This document shows, piece after piece, positions 1 through 11,644 of a stretch of 64,000 nt of DNA. The position numbers and the translations under genes were made by a program. Numbering within the stretch: position 1 is the first letter of the stretch; every line of letters starts with the position of its first letter. Under the pieces are notes generated by a model that was not told the DNA's origin, made no database searches, and was given only the letters and a program-made list of their open reading frames with translations. This DNA is from Tubiluchus corallicola (Eukaryota > Animalia > Priapulida), in assembly GCA_030141605.1 (NCBI GenBank), contig JAQGDQ010000058.1:653852-717851 (forward strand). The letters run 5' to 3'.

Positions 1-6
1 ACTCAC

Positions 7-3000
7 GTACTCCTCTACATCAATATCGCTATAGTATTTAATCCTTTCAACAGAACTCATTTGCATCTCAACATCTGCGATCATTCGAATGACCCAGTTT
101 AACATACCAGCAAGCATCAAAGCATAAGCAATAGCAAGACCAACCAGGCCAGGGTCTGCATTTAGAGACAGTGCAGCAGTCAAGCTGCATATAGTCGACA
201 GTAAAACAATAACTGTTCCTAAATAATCTAGGCGGACACCCAGCCATCTCTGGGCACAGTTAACAAACATAAATGCTGTATTGTTTTGGTCAATGACTTT
301 CAAAATCTGCTTTTTGAAACGAAATTGCTCCCCAAATGAACGAATAGTTGTCAAGCCATTTAATGTCTCAGATGTATGAATAAAAATTGGTGATTTACTA
401 ATACTGTCCAGTCTCTGCAATTCTCTAGAAGATGCACGGAAGAATTTCTGGACGAAATAGTAAATAATGATAATAGGAATAGCAGGTAATATAAACCATG
501 GAGTAGCTATGCAGTTTACAATGATAGCTGCTGCAACAGAAAGGAATGTTTTAGCTGCCTGCTGAATTGTTATGGCTAGTCTCTGATCAACCATATTTGT
601 ATCTGAAGAAAATCTGTTTAATATACGCCCTAGAGGCGTGGTATCAAAAAACCTCATTGGAGCCAAAATAATAGTATCCAGCATTTTTTGATGAATTTGC
701 TTAGATGCCTTTAATGCTGCAAATTCTGCAATAAGTGCACATATTAAAGCCATGACAATCCCCGCAATGGACAATGCTATGTACCCACAGATATAGTAAT
801 CAACGTCACTTTCAACTACTGTTGCATTATCTGTTAAACCTTCTTTTAAGGCAGTATCTGCAGAAGACCATGAAGCTAAAAACAAATGGGTTCCTACTTC
901 GATGCACTGTCGAATTATATTCAACAGTAAAGCGATTACGGCTACTGCAATGCCCCATGCAGCGAAATATATGCCATACACTGATAAAGAAACTGTGCCT
1001 GACTTTTTCTCTTCAGCAGCTACGAGTTTCCCTCGTGAAGTATCAGCTTCAGTTGTGTCAAGAACTTTTTCCTCTGCTTCAGCAATGCCCTCTTTACCAA
1101 TTACAGTGACTGCATCTTTAAAATGAACTTTTCGTCTCATTACGTCTTCCTCGAAAATTTCTGTGTCTGGGATGTCTTCAGCATCATCGCAAGTTAAAGG
1201 TGGCACTGTAGGATCACGAGACACTTGTCTATGTAAACACATACGACTTGGTCGTTTGGAATAAGGACCCTCTTCTCCACAACTCGATTCAACAGAATAG
1301 ATTCTTTGAAGCTTTTTGATATGAGCCTTTTTTGACCAGTGTTCAGGCATCTGGCTCTTTGCCCTCAAAAAACTGACTGCCCGTTGAACGTTACACTCTT
1401 TTTCGTCTATATTTCTCAAACCACAAACAGTTTTGCACCATGACTCTACCAAACGCTCATCCTTTCCTGCAATTTCCTCCAAAGTTCCCTGCTGGGTAAT
1501 AGTGCCATCACTCATTGCTATAATTTGATCTGCCTCCTTCAAGTACTGAATTTGATGGGTAACTAATACCACTGTTTTACATTTTTTAACTAGCAATTTC
1601 ATTATTCCTTCTTGAAATAAGTGTTTAGAAACATGAGCATCCAAAGCTGATAATGGATCATCTAAAATCACCACCGAAGCCTTTGAATAGATAGCACGTG
1701 CAACACTAATCCGTTGCTTCTGACCACCACTAAGATTAATCCCCTTCTCTCCAATTTCAGTTTGATCACCAGCAGGTAAAAGGTTAATGTCGGTTTCCAA
1801 TGCACAAGCATCAACTACAGTCTTATACCATCTGTGGTCAAAAGAATGCCCAAACAAAATATTTTCTTTTAATGTTGCATTCAACAGCCATGGTCTCTGT
1901 GCGGCATATGCAACGCGTGGTTCCCTGCACCAGTCTACACTGCCACAAAGACACTCCATCTCACCAAGCAGAGCACTTAACAGAGATGTTTTCCCACATG
2001 CAACTTGCCCGACAATCATTGTCAACTTGCCTTCGGGTATATCGAGATTTATATCTTCCAAAATGGCTTCATGTGTTTCCAGATCCCAAGCAAAACGACC
2101 ATTTGTCACCTCGACAACTACCCAACTTGGTTTGATCATCTGCATAAGCTGATCCTCAGAAAGAGATGCCTGACTCCTCCTTTTAGAAGCTGCAGACTGG
2201 ATACTGTAAGTATCATCTCCAGGTCCAATAATTTTAACGCTGCCATTTTCAAAAGTATAGTCTGCACCAAATGGCCTCTCATCAGCTGCATCCAAACCAT
2301 AACGAGTAACCTCTGGAGCTTCCAAAAATTTTATTATCCGCCTTGTACTGACTGTGGCTCCAACAAATGTTTGCACAAGGATAGGAAACAAAATCAATGG
2401 AATATTCAACAAATTAAACAAAGCCAAAGCAGAAAATGCTCTTGCGACAGTCAAATTCTCCTTCTCAATAGAAGCATAAACACCAAATGACACAAGCGTA
2501 ACTAGAATTGGTGCTGACTGAGTAATGAATGAGGTAAAAGACCTATAAATTGCAGACTTCAGCAAAAGACGAAGTTCACCTTTTCTTACAGTTTCAATTT
2601 GCTCGGAATACATGTGTTCCCATGCATAAAGCTTGAGTAGTTTAATTCCCTGAAGAAGCTCATTTGTTAGTTTCAACCTTTCGTCCGACTTATCTAGCGT
2701 TGACTTTTGAACAACTGAAAGCTGTCTTGCTATGAAGTATTGTACTGGAGCTAATACCACAATCATGGCAGCACCAATAAGTGCACTTGACCCCAATGTG
2801 TTGTACAGTAAATAGATAGTTATAGCTATCTGCAAAGGAGAACTCCATGCATAATGAAACACCCACATCATCATTAGCAAGTTAAATGCATCAGTAGACA
2901 TGTGATTAGTAATTTGACCTATTGTCATTTCTCCACCTGACATAGACCAACTATTAAGAACCAACACCTTGTCATAAATCATGCCCTGAATAGCAGCTCT

Positions 3001-4113
3001 CAGATGAAGACCTTCAACTAATGTTACATGGGTAAAAGCTACCAAAAGTGTACTTTTAACTAGATATGCTATGAATACTAAAACTGCAAGAACATAACCA
3101 TTCGATATAAAGTCACTTATAGTTATGTAATAAACATTAGGTGACTTTACATCTAGTAAGCCTTCTCTGACACTATAAACATACGACACAATTCCAGTGA
3201 TAGCAAGTGGTCCAACAAAGCCTAGCAAGTCATTCAGAAGCTTGAAGATTCCACCTACTACCATACGAGGCCAGAATGCTTTTGCGTAGCATCTCCACAA
3301 TGACGGACTCTGATGTCTTGCACCTGCACGCTCCCTCTCTTTTTCATAGACCTGACTGAAATAAATGTAATGCTTCTCAGACCGTTCTGCGCTGGGGAGG
3401 GAACCCAAGTCACTCATCTCTAAAGGGTCTTTAAAACCCTGCCATAGAATACTGTTCATCCACCAAAATGTACATTTTGATATAAAGTTTGCATATGTGT
3501 GTAAATAACGAGTTTCAGAAAGCTCAGCAGGTGCAGTCAAAAAATGGGGAAACTTCGTGAATACATATTTCTGTGCAAGTAGTACGTTAATTTCAACTAA
3601 CAATAGTATAAAGTACAGAATAATAATATCCCATGTTAAATCAAGTCGTAAATGCTTAATTGACAAACCCACTTTGTGTAATAAAGTCACCTTAGCAACC
3701 TTCAGTGACAGCACAGTGATCCAGTAAGCAAACAAGCCAAGCAAAAACTTTGGTTTGTTCCATGTTTCAACAAAGTGGTAGTAAATGATGCTACATAACG
3801 AAGCAGCGAGTCCTATTAGATGAGGCACATATGTGTGTGCACCACCTACACTGCTGTATGCCTTTGAAATAGCACCTTCAGCGATCTCACAAACATTAAA
3901 AAAGACGAGAATAAATGTCACCAACCACCTTATACTGTGCCCTTGGAAATGCACCCAGGACTGAGATTCTGGCTCCTTGTAAAACACTTTTCTGTAAATC
4001 GGTAGCACCAGAACACAGTAGAGTATAAATAAACACTGGAAAATCATGTAGGCAGTGTCCACTTTGCATTCTTGGCTTGATGCCAAAGTTAAATTTTTTC
4101 CACAAAATTCCAT
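7..4113 (-). CDS. ABC transporter subfamily C, sulfonylurea receptor (SUR; ABCC8/ABCC9-like), 5' part: TMD0-L0-TMD1-NBD1-linker-TMD2 in one exon; continues beyond the left edge
   Basis: Reverse-strand reading from ATG 4113: MEFCGKNLTLASSQECKVD...SWVHFQGHSIRWLVTFILVFFNVCEIAEGA (SUR TMD0 signature, cf. SUR1 WLHFPGHNLRWILTF...VCEIAEGI). Walker A GQVACGKTSL at ~2010-1981, signature GINLSGGQKQR at ~1743-1711, Walker B region VILDDPLSALDAHV, and TMD2 end LNWVIRMIADVEMQMSSVERIKYY at ~100-30. The ORF track lists no minus-strand ORF in this frame, consistent with no stop before the window edge. GTGAGT at 6..1 (minus strand) is a candidate donor. Confidence 0.93.
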
Positions 4114-4127
4114 TTTTGTACGTTTAT

Positions 4128-4910
4128 CTGTAGCTTGATTCAAAAGGTCATAGAAAAGTAACACATAAGTACTTTTAAATAAAATTTGTTCAAGGCGCCC
4201 GTGCTTTTCGCCGGCTAAAATTATGCGGTGATATCGTTCTGCTGAGTCATTTCGTTGTGCTGTATACAGTTATACACACACTTGTCAATAGATGCCTGCA
4301 ACACAGAACAGATAAGTTCAATTGAGACAGTATTGGCTGCATTGCGTATCAAGAAGCATAATCAGCCAATAAATATCGCCAACAGCTTCCTGCAGTAAAC
4401 ACGCTGTCAAACCCATATTTCAGTGGCAGTAAAAACAAATTAAACCTAAGCTACAGCAAACAAACTAAACTTTACGACACTTTAACAACCCATCACACCG
4501 TATAATACAGATAAATGCGCTGAGTGGCAAGTTGTAAATAGTTCGGAAAGCAAATAAAAAGAAAACACGTCTTGCGCTACTACCGACCCGAAAGAAACCT
4601 AATTGTTTCACTTAGTTGACGCGTAAGCGCATACGCTTGTCTAAAATCTCAGTTAGTGACCTAACGTTCTTGAACATTTTCGCAAAAATTTGAAAGTAGA
4701 GCGGACCGGCATGTGCTCGATGTATATATCCGCGTGCCTAGGAACATTGTACAACCAGCTGCCTACTGTCCTGCATTACTGAAGTAACACTCAAGCGGTA
4801 ACTTACCTGGTTAAAAAGTAGCTAGCTAGTGCAGTTCAAAATTAGCAAGCTGTAGAAAGAGAACGTTAGGTACCGCTCCTTTCAAATTCCAGACGCGCAT
4901 GGGCGCCGCC
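4128..4910 (-). promoter_or_regulatory. Putative 5'-UTR intron (4128-4807) and non-coding first exon/promoter of the SUR-like gene
   Basis: On the minus strand there is a perfect donor CAG|GTAAGT at 4807 and an acceptor CTACAG ending at 4128, 14 nt upstream of the ATG. A CpG-rich patch (gacgcgcatgggcgccgccg) lies at ~4892-4911. Confidence 0.45.
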
Positions 4911-5731
4911 GATAGTAATAAAGATTGTCTATTCGTGGCAAAGTAATTTTTTCTCAGGCCCATTAGACACGATTTAGTGCATTTAGCTCAGTCGAAAATT
5001 TTTAAAACTTGTTTCAGTGTCAAGGATAATATAGTTCATTCAATACTTTAAAAACAGTTTGCTTCCTTTGAATTCTATGAGGGATATGTCATTATATTAT
5101 AAAACTTGTTTTTGTATTTTTAGTTTTAGCGTCTAAAATATACTTTCACATGATGCTATTCAGTCAGCCTGTATATTATAGTCCGACAGCCCAGAGGGGT
5201 TCGGTCAAACGAGCGAGGTACAAATATCTAACTGTTCCATCATTTACGGAACTACTTAAGATGTACTGAACTGGACGTCTATTGGGTGCCATTTTCTGCA
5301 TGTGAATCCTGGCATCGTCTAAGGTGGCCCAGAAAAGCTCTGAATTAAAAATTGAGGTTACCACTTAAAACTGGGGCTCAAAACCCTCAAATCAATAGGG
5401 GTGTGGACGACAGATACGTCAGTCACTGCATAACATTTCCCGCCCCCAGACACCAGTAGGACTTCAACACATGTAAGCATGAAACATAGCACTTTTTCTC
5501 CCTTTCTACGTAACCTGCTGATAACAGGTCACTGAGATCATGCTGTGCTTTCGTGTTCCCTTGGATAAGCTGTTTTCGGTTGTATCTGCGACAATTTGGA
5601 AGCAAATCCAAACTGGACTGCCGGATATGACTGGTATGCTGCCTGCGCTCAGCTGTACTTAGTAAACAAGTTAATAATTGTACTGAAGTGTAAACAAATT
5701 AATGCCAACATTAATAAGGATTTTTTTAAAT

Positions 5732-5904
5732 CTGATTGGATGAAATGCTTTGGCCGGCCGGCACACGCCGTACAAAATAGAACTCATTTCTATTTTAGGG
5801 CAGCCGTTGTCTCCACGGCGACTTCGGTAAATTCCGTGTATCATTTTTCATTTGAAATTAATGTAGTCTAATTTGGGCGGCCGGCTTATGTATTTTGGCG
5901 GCCG
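5732..5904. repeat. Dispersed repeat copy A (MITE-like fragment)
   Basis: ctgattggatgaaatgctttggccggccggcacacgccgtacaaaata...aaattccgtgtatca...tttgaaattaatgtagtctaattt aligns by eye with 6581-6770 in the same orientation. Confidence 0.75.
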
Positions 5905-6580
5905 AGTATCATTAGCTTAACAGACTGTGGGTTTTCTTCTGCATACAGGCCGAGCTCGAATCCCAGGACCACCTGTATTGAAGCAAACAATTGTTATCTG
6001 TGTTATTTTCTTGCAAACACCGCCTGGCAACCGTTCGGCGATGTATAAAAGAGAGCGCTGCAGTAATGACGGCCCTAATGGAGACCCTACACCCAAAAAT
6101 TTCGCCGGCATTTAGTTTCAGTACTTTTTAATGTTCAAAATTAAATCTATAATCAATTATTTAGGAGATTATCTTGTTTTTAAGCTCAATTTTTGTGTCA
6201 CTATTAGGGTTCCCATCACTCCTGATTTAGCCCGGTTTCTCCTGAAACTCAGCCATACATCCGTAATTCGGTTTGATTTTTGAAAAATTGTGGAATCTTC
6301 TGATTCCGACCATCACATTAACATTTAAGTGGAAAAAACAAAAATACATCTTGCGTGCTATTGAACCGTTGCATAAGGCTAGCTAAGAACTGCAATATTT
6401 CTTGTAAATAGCATAGAAAACCTATTAAATCAAATTTAAATGGTTACATGGCTTCCGTTGAATGCGTGATGCAAGTCTTCTTCCGGTTTAATTTAAATTC
6501 ACTCAACATAAACCATCTATCCGTTTACAGCATTCGTGCATGTCGTGTCCAATATCTTGCCGGAAAATCAAAAACCAACG

Positions 6581-6770
6581 CTGATTGGATAAAATACTTG
6601 GCCGGCCGGCGCACGCTGTACAAAATATTTCTAATTTAGTGCGGCTATTGTCTTCACGGCCACTTCGATAAATTCCGTGTATCATCTTTGATTTGAAATT
6701 AATGTTGTCTAATTTCGACGGTCGTTTTATCACGGCCAACGTCGGCCGGTTTGTGCATTTTGGCGGCCGT
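6581..6770. repeat. Dispersed repeat copy B (MITE-like fragment)
   Basis: ctgattggataaaatacttggccggccggcgcacgctgtacaaaata...aaattccgtgtatca...tttgaaattaatgttgtctaattt; a diverged copy of 5732-5904. Confidence 0.75.
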
Positions 6771-6799
6771 ACGCTATTGTATACGTTATAGGTACACAT

Positions 6800-7500
6800 A
6801 TAAAAATGGCACAGGAAAAAGGGCGTAAATGGAAAAATGGGACACAATCATGGCATATGTTAGGATTAGTTTTTACTATTAGGGATAATTATTTCAAATA
6901 TTTTTACCTCTGCCAAGGAAGTTAGGCTTTCGATGCCGTTTGCTTTTCTCGTTGTGTGTTTGTTGAATTATTTGTTTGACTGTTTGTATGTTTGTTTGTT
7001 TGCCAGTTAGTTATTAGTATTACGTAAAAACTAGGATTTGTATAACTTCGTAAGTAAATTATGATTGCTCAAAAGAGGTTACTTTCTTCGCCGTTCATTT
7101 GTTGGTGTGCCTGTTAACAGAATTACGCAAAAACTACTTAATAAGTTTCCACAAAACTTTGTGGAGACGTTGTGTAAAAATTGTAGACAAACATTAAACC
7201 AGGATATTTATGCACTGTTGATTATAATTCCATTTTATGAACAAAACATTTTGCTGGTTATTTCGCTAGTCTATGCAATAATTAATTATTTATACAAGTA
7301 TGGTTTTGTATGCTTATTTGTTCGTCTTTATTTTTTTATACAAAATTAGACTAACCTATTTAGGCTTAGCTGAGGTCTGTTCCTACTAAATGTATTTTAG
7401 TTTTACATAAGTGTCATTTTTTTCAGTTTTCCATTTGCACATTTCTTCCTGTGTCATTTTTACTGTGACATTTTTTCCTGTTCCGTTTTTACCTGTGCCG
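6800..7500. mobile_element. Non-autonomous DNA element with inverted ~15-bp subterminal tandem units, interrupted by a second element
   Basis: The left units (aaaaatggcacaggaaaaa..., aaaaatgggacac) are reverse complements of the right units (cctgtgtcatttt, ctgtgacattttt, cctgtgccg) at 7410-7500. Confidence 0.45.
6901..7402 (+). mobile_element. Helentron-associated / DINE-1-like non-autonomous element
   Basis: Subterminal inverted repeats acctctgccaag (6906) and cttagctgaggt (7365), an internal (TTTG)n tract followed by attacgcaaaaactac, T-rich flanks and a tagtt end. This is typical HINE architecture. Confidence 0.55.
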
Positions 7501-8349
7501 ATAAAGACGGTCACGACACGTGTGAATCCCACAACTCAATTTATTTAAATATTTATCACGTAACGTTGTCAGCTTTTTATATAATTAATTGTTAGTTATT
7601 ACCGAGTAGTCGTATTAATTAATATGATCTTCTTCCTTTTGACTATGATTTCTGCATGATTAAGCCGTTTTTGCATTTTTCCAATTACAAAAAGTAACAA
7701 AAATAACAATATGCATGTGTGCATCACTTATATTGTAACAAAATAAATATTAAGTCTTGAAAATTTTGTTCCTACAAAGTTTTAAAGCTGTTTCAATTAC
7801 AGGAACTAGTGCGTAAGAGAAGAGATTTCTAAGGTTTGCAGAAAATAGAAAGAGGTTTACAGAGCAAGAAACAGAAAGAGAGAGCTGCAACATTATATAC
7901 ATAAGACAAAGACAAAGATAATATGGCTTATCTCATTTTAACTCATCTCACCTCATGTCATCTCATCTCGTCTTACCTCTTTCTGCGTACTATGCTTATC
8001 AAGTTCTGTAGCCACTTGCCAGCTGAGCTATAGAGGAGTAAAAAGAAAAGAAAAAGAAAGAGTTATACGAAAAAGAAAAAAGAAACACGTAAAAACGAGA
8101 GCATATAGAAGGAAGAAAAACGAAAAATGTGTCTGCGCATGTTTTCAGCTTTAAAATAACAGTTAAACCTTAGTTATTATAATTGTCCAATCCAGTTGGC
8201 CTTATAATAATGTCTCATCAATCAATTACCTAGCCTATTTTATCATCTCCCAGAGAGCCAGTAATTCCCTACATGATTTTGCCGTGTCAATCATTCAGAA
8301 TAAACTCTAGGACCTAGGCAAGCAAGTGGATCTGCCTGGAGCCCCAAAC

Positions 8350-8391
8350 ATTTCCATGGCAATGCAACGTCATTTGTAAATAAACATGGCG
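8350..8391 (+). promoter_or_regulatory. Candidate ciliary-gene promoter module (X-box-like, forkhead and YY1 motifs) upstream of JHY
   Basis: atttccatggcaat (11/14 to X-box GTTGCCATGGCAAC) at 8350, gtaaataaaca (forkhead) at 8376 and aaacatggcg (YY1-type) at 8382, all within 42 bp. Confidence 0.4.
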
Positions 8392-8686
8392 TGTGGACTG
8401 TGGAATTGATTTACTGTGTGGCGTGTATGCTCTGTGAAGATAATTAAGACAAAGTAGCCACAATTTCCTAGCTATCTATTTTGAGTTTTGGTATTTTGGT
8501 TAAGTTAATGCACAAGTTCTCTAGAATTAATCTACTAGCTGAACCGTCTTAATTGATCGAGTTTTCGTGAATAATCAAAAAATTAATAATCGATAGACCT
8601 ATCGAACCCACCGTAATTATTGACAATAACATTGTAGAATTTAATTAGCCCTAATAGCAGCATCACTGTATATTATAACACGTATA

Positions 8687-8770
8687 CAGTTTTCCCTCAC
8701 TTATTGCGTGTGTTCTGTTACAGGCCCACCCGCGATAAGTGAATTTCAGTGAAGTAGGGACGCTATACTT
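8687..8770 (-). mobile_element. Terminal fragment of the Tc1/mariner-pogo MITE family also seen at 22651-23033
   Basis: The sequence is the reverse complement of the right end of the 22651-23033 element (ggcccacccgcgataagtgaattt...gaagtagggac.ctatactt) and is preceded by TA. Confidence 0.7.
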
Positions 8771-9339
8771 ATTTTAGTAGTTATACATTATGTTGTCTTT
8801 ATAAACCCTCCCCACACTCTTATACATAACCCTGTCTCATTCCCTTAATAACTTTTCCCATGCTGTACATGTACCTTTTAAAAACTGTTCATAAAAATGT
8901 TTTAAACTCTTAAACCTAGATACGTAATTTTAAAAATATGATATGGGTACCCAACCATTGAAGATACGTCCTACAGCTAGAATGATGATGATGAATATAA
9001 AAATCTGTTAAATGGTCCACCAAAGTTAGTATAGGTTGACAAAAGAGTCAAGAGAGTGTTATTTTGGACTATTGGGCTATAATAATATACTAAAAGTGGC
9101 ACCGAAGTAAACAAACACCTCCTGTATGGAGTTTTTTGGACGTAGTTGAATTTTAGCAGCGTAAAATGATCATATGAACAAAATAGGTAAGAACATTGTA
9201 CAAAGTTTTTCTGAATCCAACTTATGAAAGTGCATACAAACTTCTTAAATATTTTCGTACGAAAATTCTTATGAACTTTCTTACGAACATTTTAGTGAAT
9301 CCCGGCCCTGGCTTCCTTTGCCATCACCACCAACCATAA

Positions 9340-9965
9340 GACAATTAGTAGTACTGCCATACTGTGCACTAGCCCATAAATTGCACAGTGCAATACTTGG
9401 TCCAGCCTATATACGATGTGCGATACTTGGGCTGCGGTACACAACATTTGGGCATGGGATATTTGGGCACCGGACATTTCGGCACTAATAAAATTTACTG
9501 TTGAACTTGATTTTTTTTATTTTTGGTTATTAAATTTTTAACAACTCAGTATAATTTCCACAATATTTTTTTAAGAATCATGGCTTCACTAAATTAAAAT
9601 TGTGATATTACAATTAATACCAGTCATGTGACTTTGCACTTTCTCGTTTTTCACCGTAATTCTATTTTTTATGTGTAGCTTTTGAACGAAGCAGAACAAG
9701 ACGACCCTGCAAGTTTGCATCAGCATTTTATTAAAATATGAAAATATGACTGCATTTGGTTTAAAAATATTTAGTTATTACAAAAACATTTTAACATTTG
9801 GGTGCCCAAATATCTCGCTTCCAAGTGAGTCAGCGCCCAAGTGTCTGGGACCCATATGTCCCGTCCCCTTTGTGCTGGGCCATATAGCATGTGCGGTTGT
9901 GCTGGCCCATAAAGCATGTGCATGGGCTGCCCATATACCACAGCAGAAACTGAGCCGAGTTTAAA
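9340..9965. mobile_element. Nested inverted-repeat MITE remnants
   Basis: gggatatttgggcaccggacatttcggcac (~9455) is inverted relative to gtgcccaaatatctc...cccatatgtccc (~9802-9862). The flanks carry repeated tgggc/gcccat units. Confidence 0.4.
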
Positions 9966-11644
9966 CCTTAGTCATTTAATAATAATAATAATTTAAAATA
10001 TCAATGTAATTTAAGTAATTAATTAAATACATAAAGTATACATTCAGCGAAATAATATATTACTAATTCTGAGCCATTCACATGAGCAATATTAAATTTC
10101 AAGAGTTAATCTTTTTGTGATTAAATAGACCAGCTTTTTACGCAAGTTTAACATTCTATTAATGTTTACCATTTTTATTTTGCATCGCTTCATATGTGGT
10201 GCGTAGGCAGCCAGTGATCCATTTCATTACCTCTTTGTCGCACAGTATTTTTTATCCTAAGTGTGATATAGGGGATGGTGAGTCATTTACCGCCTAACCT
10301 CTTGTTCAATGAACGGGTTAAAAAAGTAACTGCAAGATCGGGATGAAATATTTCGGATTGGGGATCTTGACCCCTAACCATAATTTTAGTTATCAGCAAA
10401 TGGAAATGAGGAAATTCAAATTGAAATTCCGAAATTTTAGCTCTGACCGATTACTTGTACTTGTGTGCCAGTAAAAGACTTGTAATAATAATAACAATAA
10501 TGTGCGTTATGTAGTAGCAATAAGCCTGTTTCTCATTTCCTTGTGGTGTCTACATATTCAGATTTTGCACTCGAGCCTGCAGACTTTAACATGATAAGCA
10601 AACATTAAGTAAACATAACAGTAATCCTCTTGCTAAAATAATTATTCGAAATTATAATTCGGCCTATGCTGACTAAGAAGTATTATCTGCTTGGGAAAGA
10701 TGCTAGTAGCAGTACTGTGAGACAAAAATAACACAGAATATTTTTTGTAAATTGTTCCAACGTTATTGGCAAAGTACACCCACCAGAAGCATCACAGTCA
10801 CAGTTGGCTGAATACACTATCTGTATATATGCCACGAAAAGACAATCATGAATGCACTTTAAACTACTTCGAGACATATTAAAAATAGCGGTAGTAGTCT
10901 CGATTAAGATATGTTTTCACAAAATTTAAGCGATAAATAGCTTGAGGAATGATTCATTTTTCTTCATATGCCTGAAAAACCTAAGGTAAAGATTTGCTTT
11001 TCATATATTAGAATCTTCTAAAGCTTGCGGTCGAAATCGGTTTGGATGGGATGAGAAGTTTAGAAACAGGGTATGCAACGGGACTGAATGCTCGAGAATG
11101 TGGTTAGAGATTTGAGGAAAGTTCCCGATCAAGTTTCGGAGGTTGGGGTCATAAAAACCCCAATCCTGAACACCCCTACTATTCTGCATGCTGACCTGGT
11201 CAAGCAAATCTTTATGGTGCCTAACTGACAGCAAGTCAGCAAACAAGCACCTGGTACTGTTGAAATGAAGGCACAATTTTATATAAAATGAAACCGTCTC
11301 AGAATCTTTAAAGAACATAGTTATATTACCCAAAAGTTGTCTGAATTTCTTTATTTTATTTTTTATTTCGACCCCCAAAAATACAAAAATTTGTTAGACA
11401 TTTATTTGTCCTTGGACGTTTCACACTCATTTTTACATCGAATGGTTGACAGGGCTCTTTTAACTCTGTGGCTCCAAGCAGATGTGAAGTGCTTTGTCTA
11501 GAAAGACAATTTATTGCATGCACGAAGTTACATAAACTCAATGTTTTTGGTTATATATAAATTCTATTATGTTTAAGCTTTTTTTAGAAACTATAATCCC
11601 ATGGGTGAACTGCATGACAAAGCTGATGCAGAACTTGTCCCAAG

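Noticed and set aside
2170-2190. KRRS in the SUR TM11-NBD1 linker as the equivalent of the SUR1 RKR ER-retention signal
   Set aside because: The position is similar but it is not an R-x-R motif, so the equivalence cannot be supported without alignment.
774-2490. Plus-strand ORFs of 74-161 aa in the ORF track
   Set aside because: They are antisense shadows of the SUR coding exon and show no recognisable motifs.
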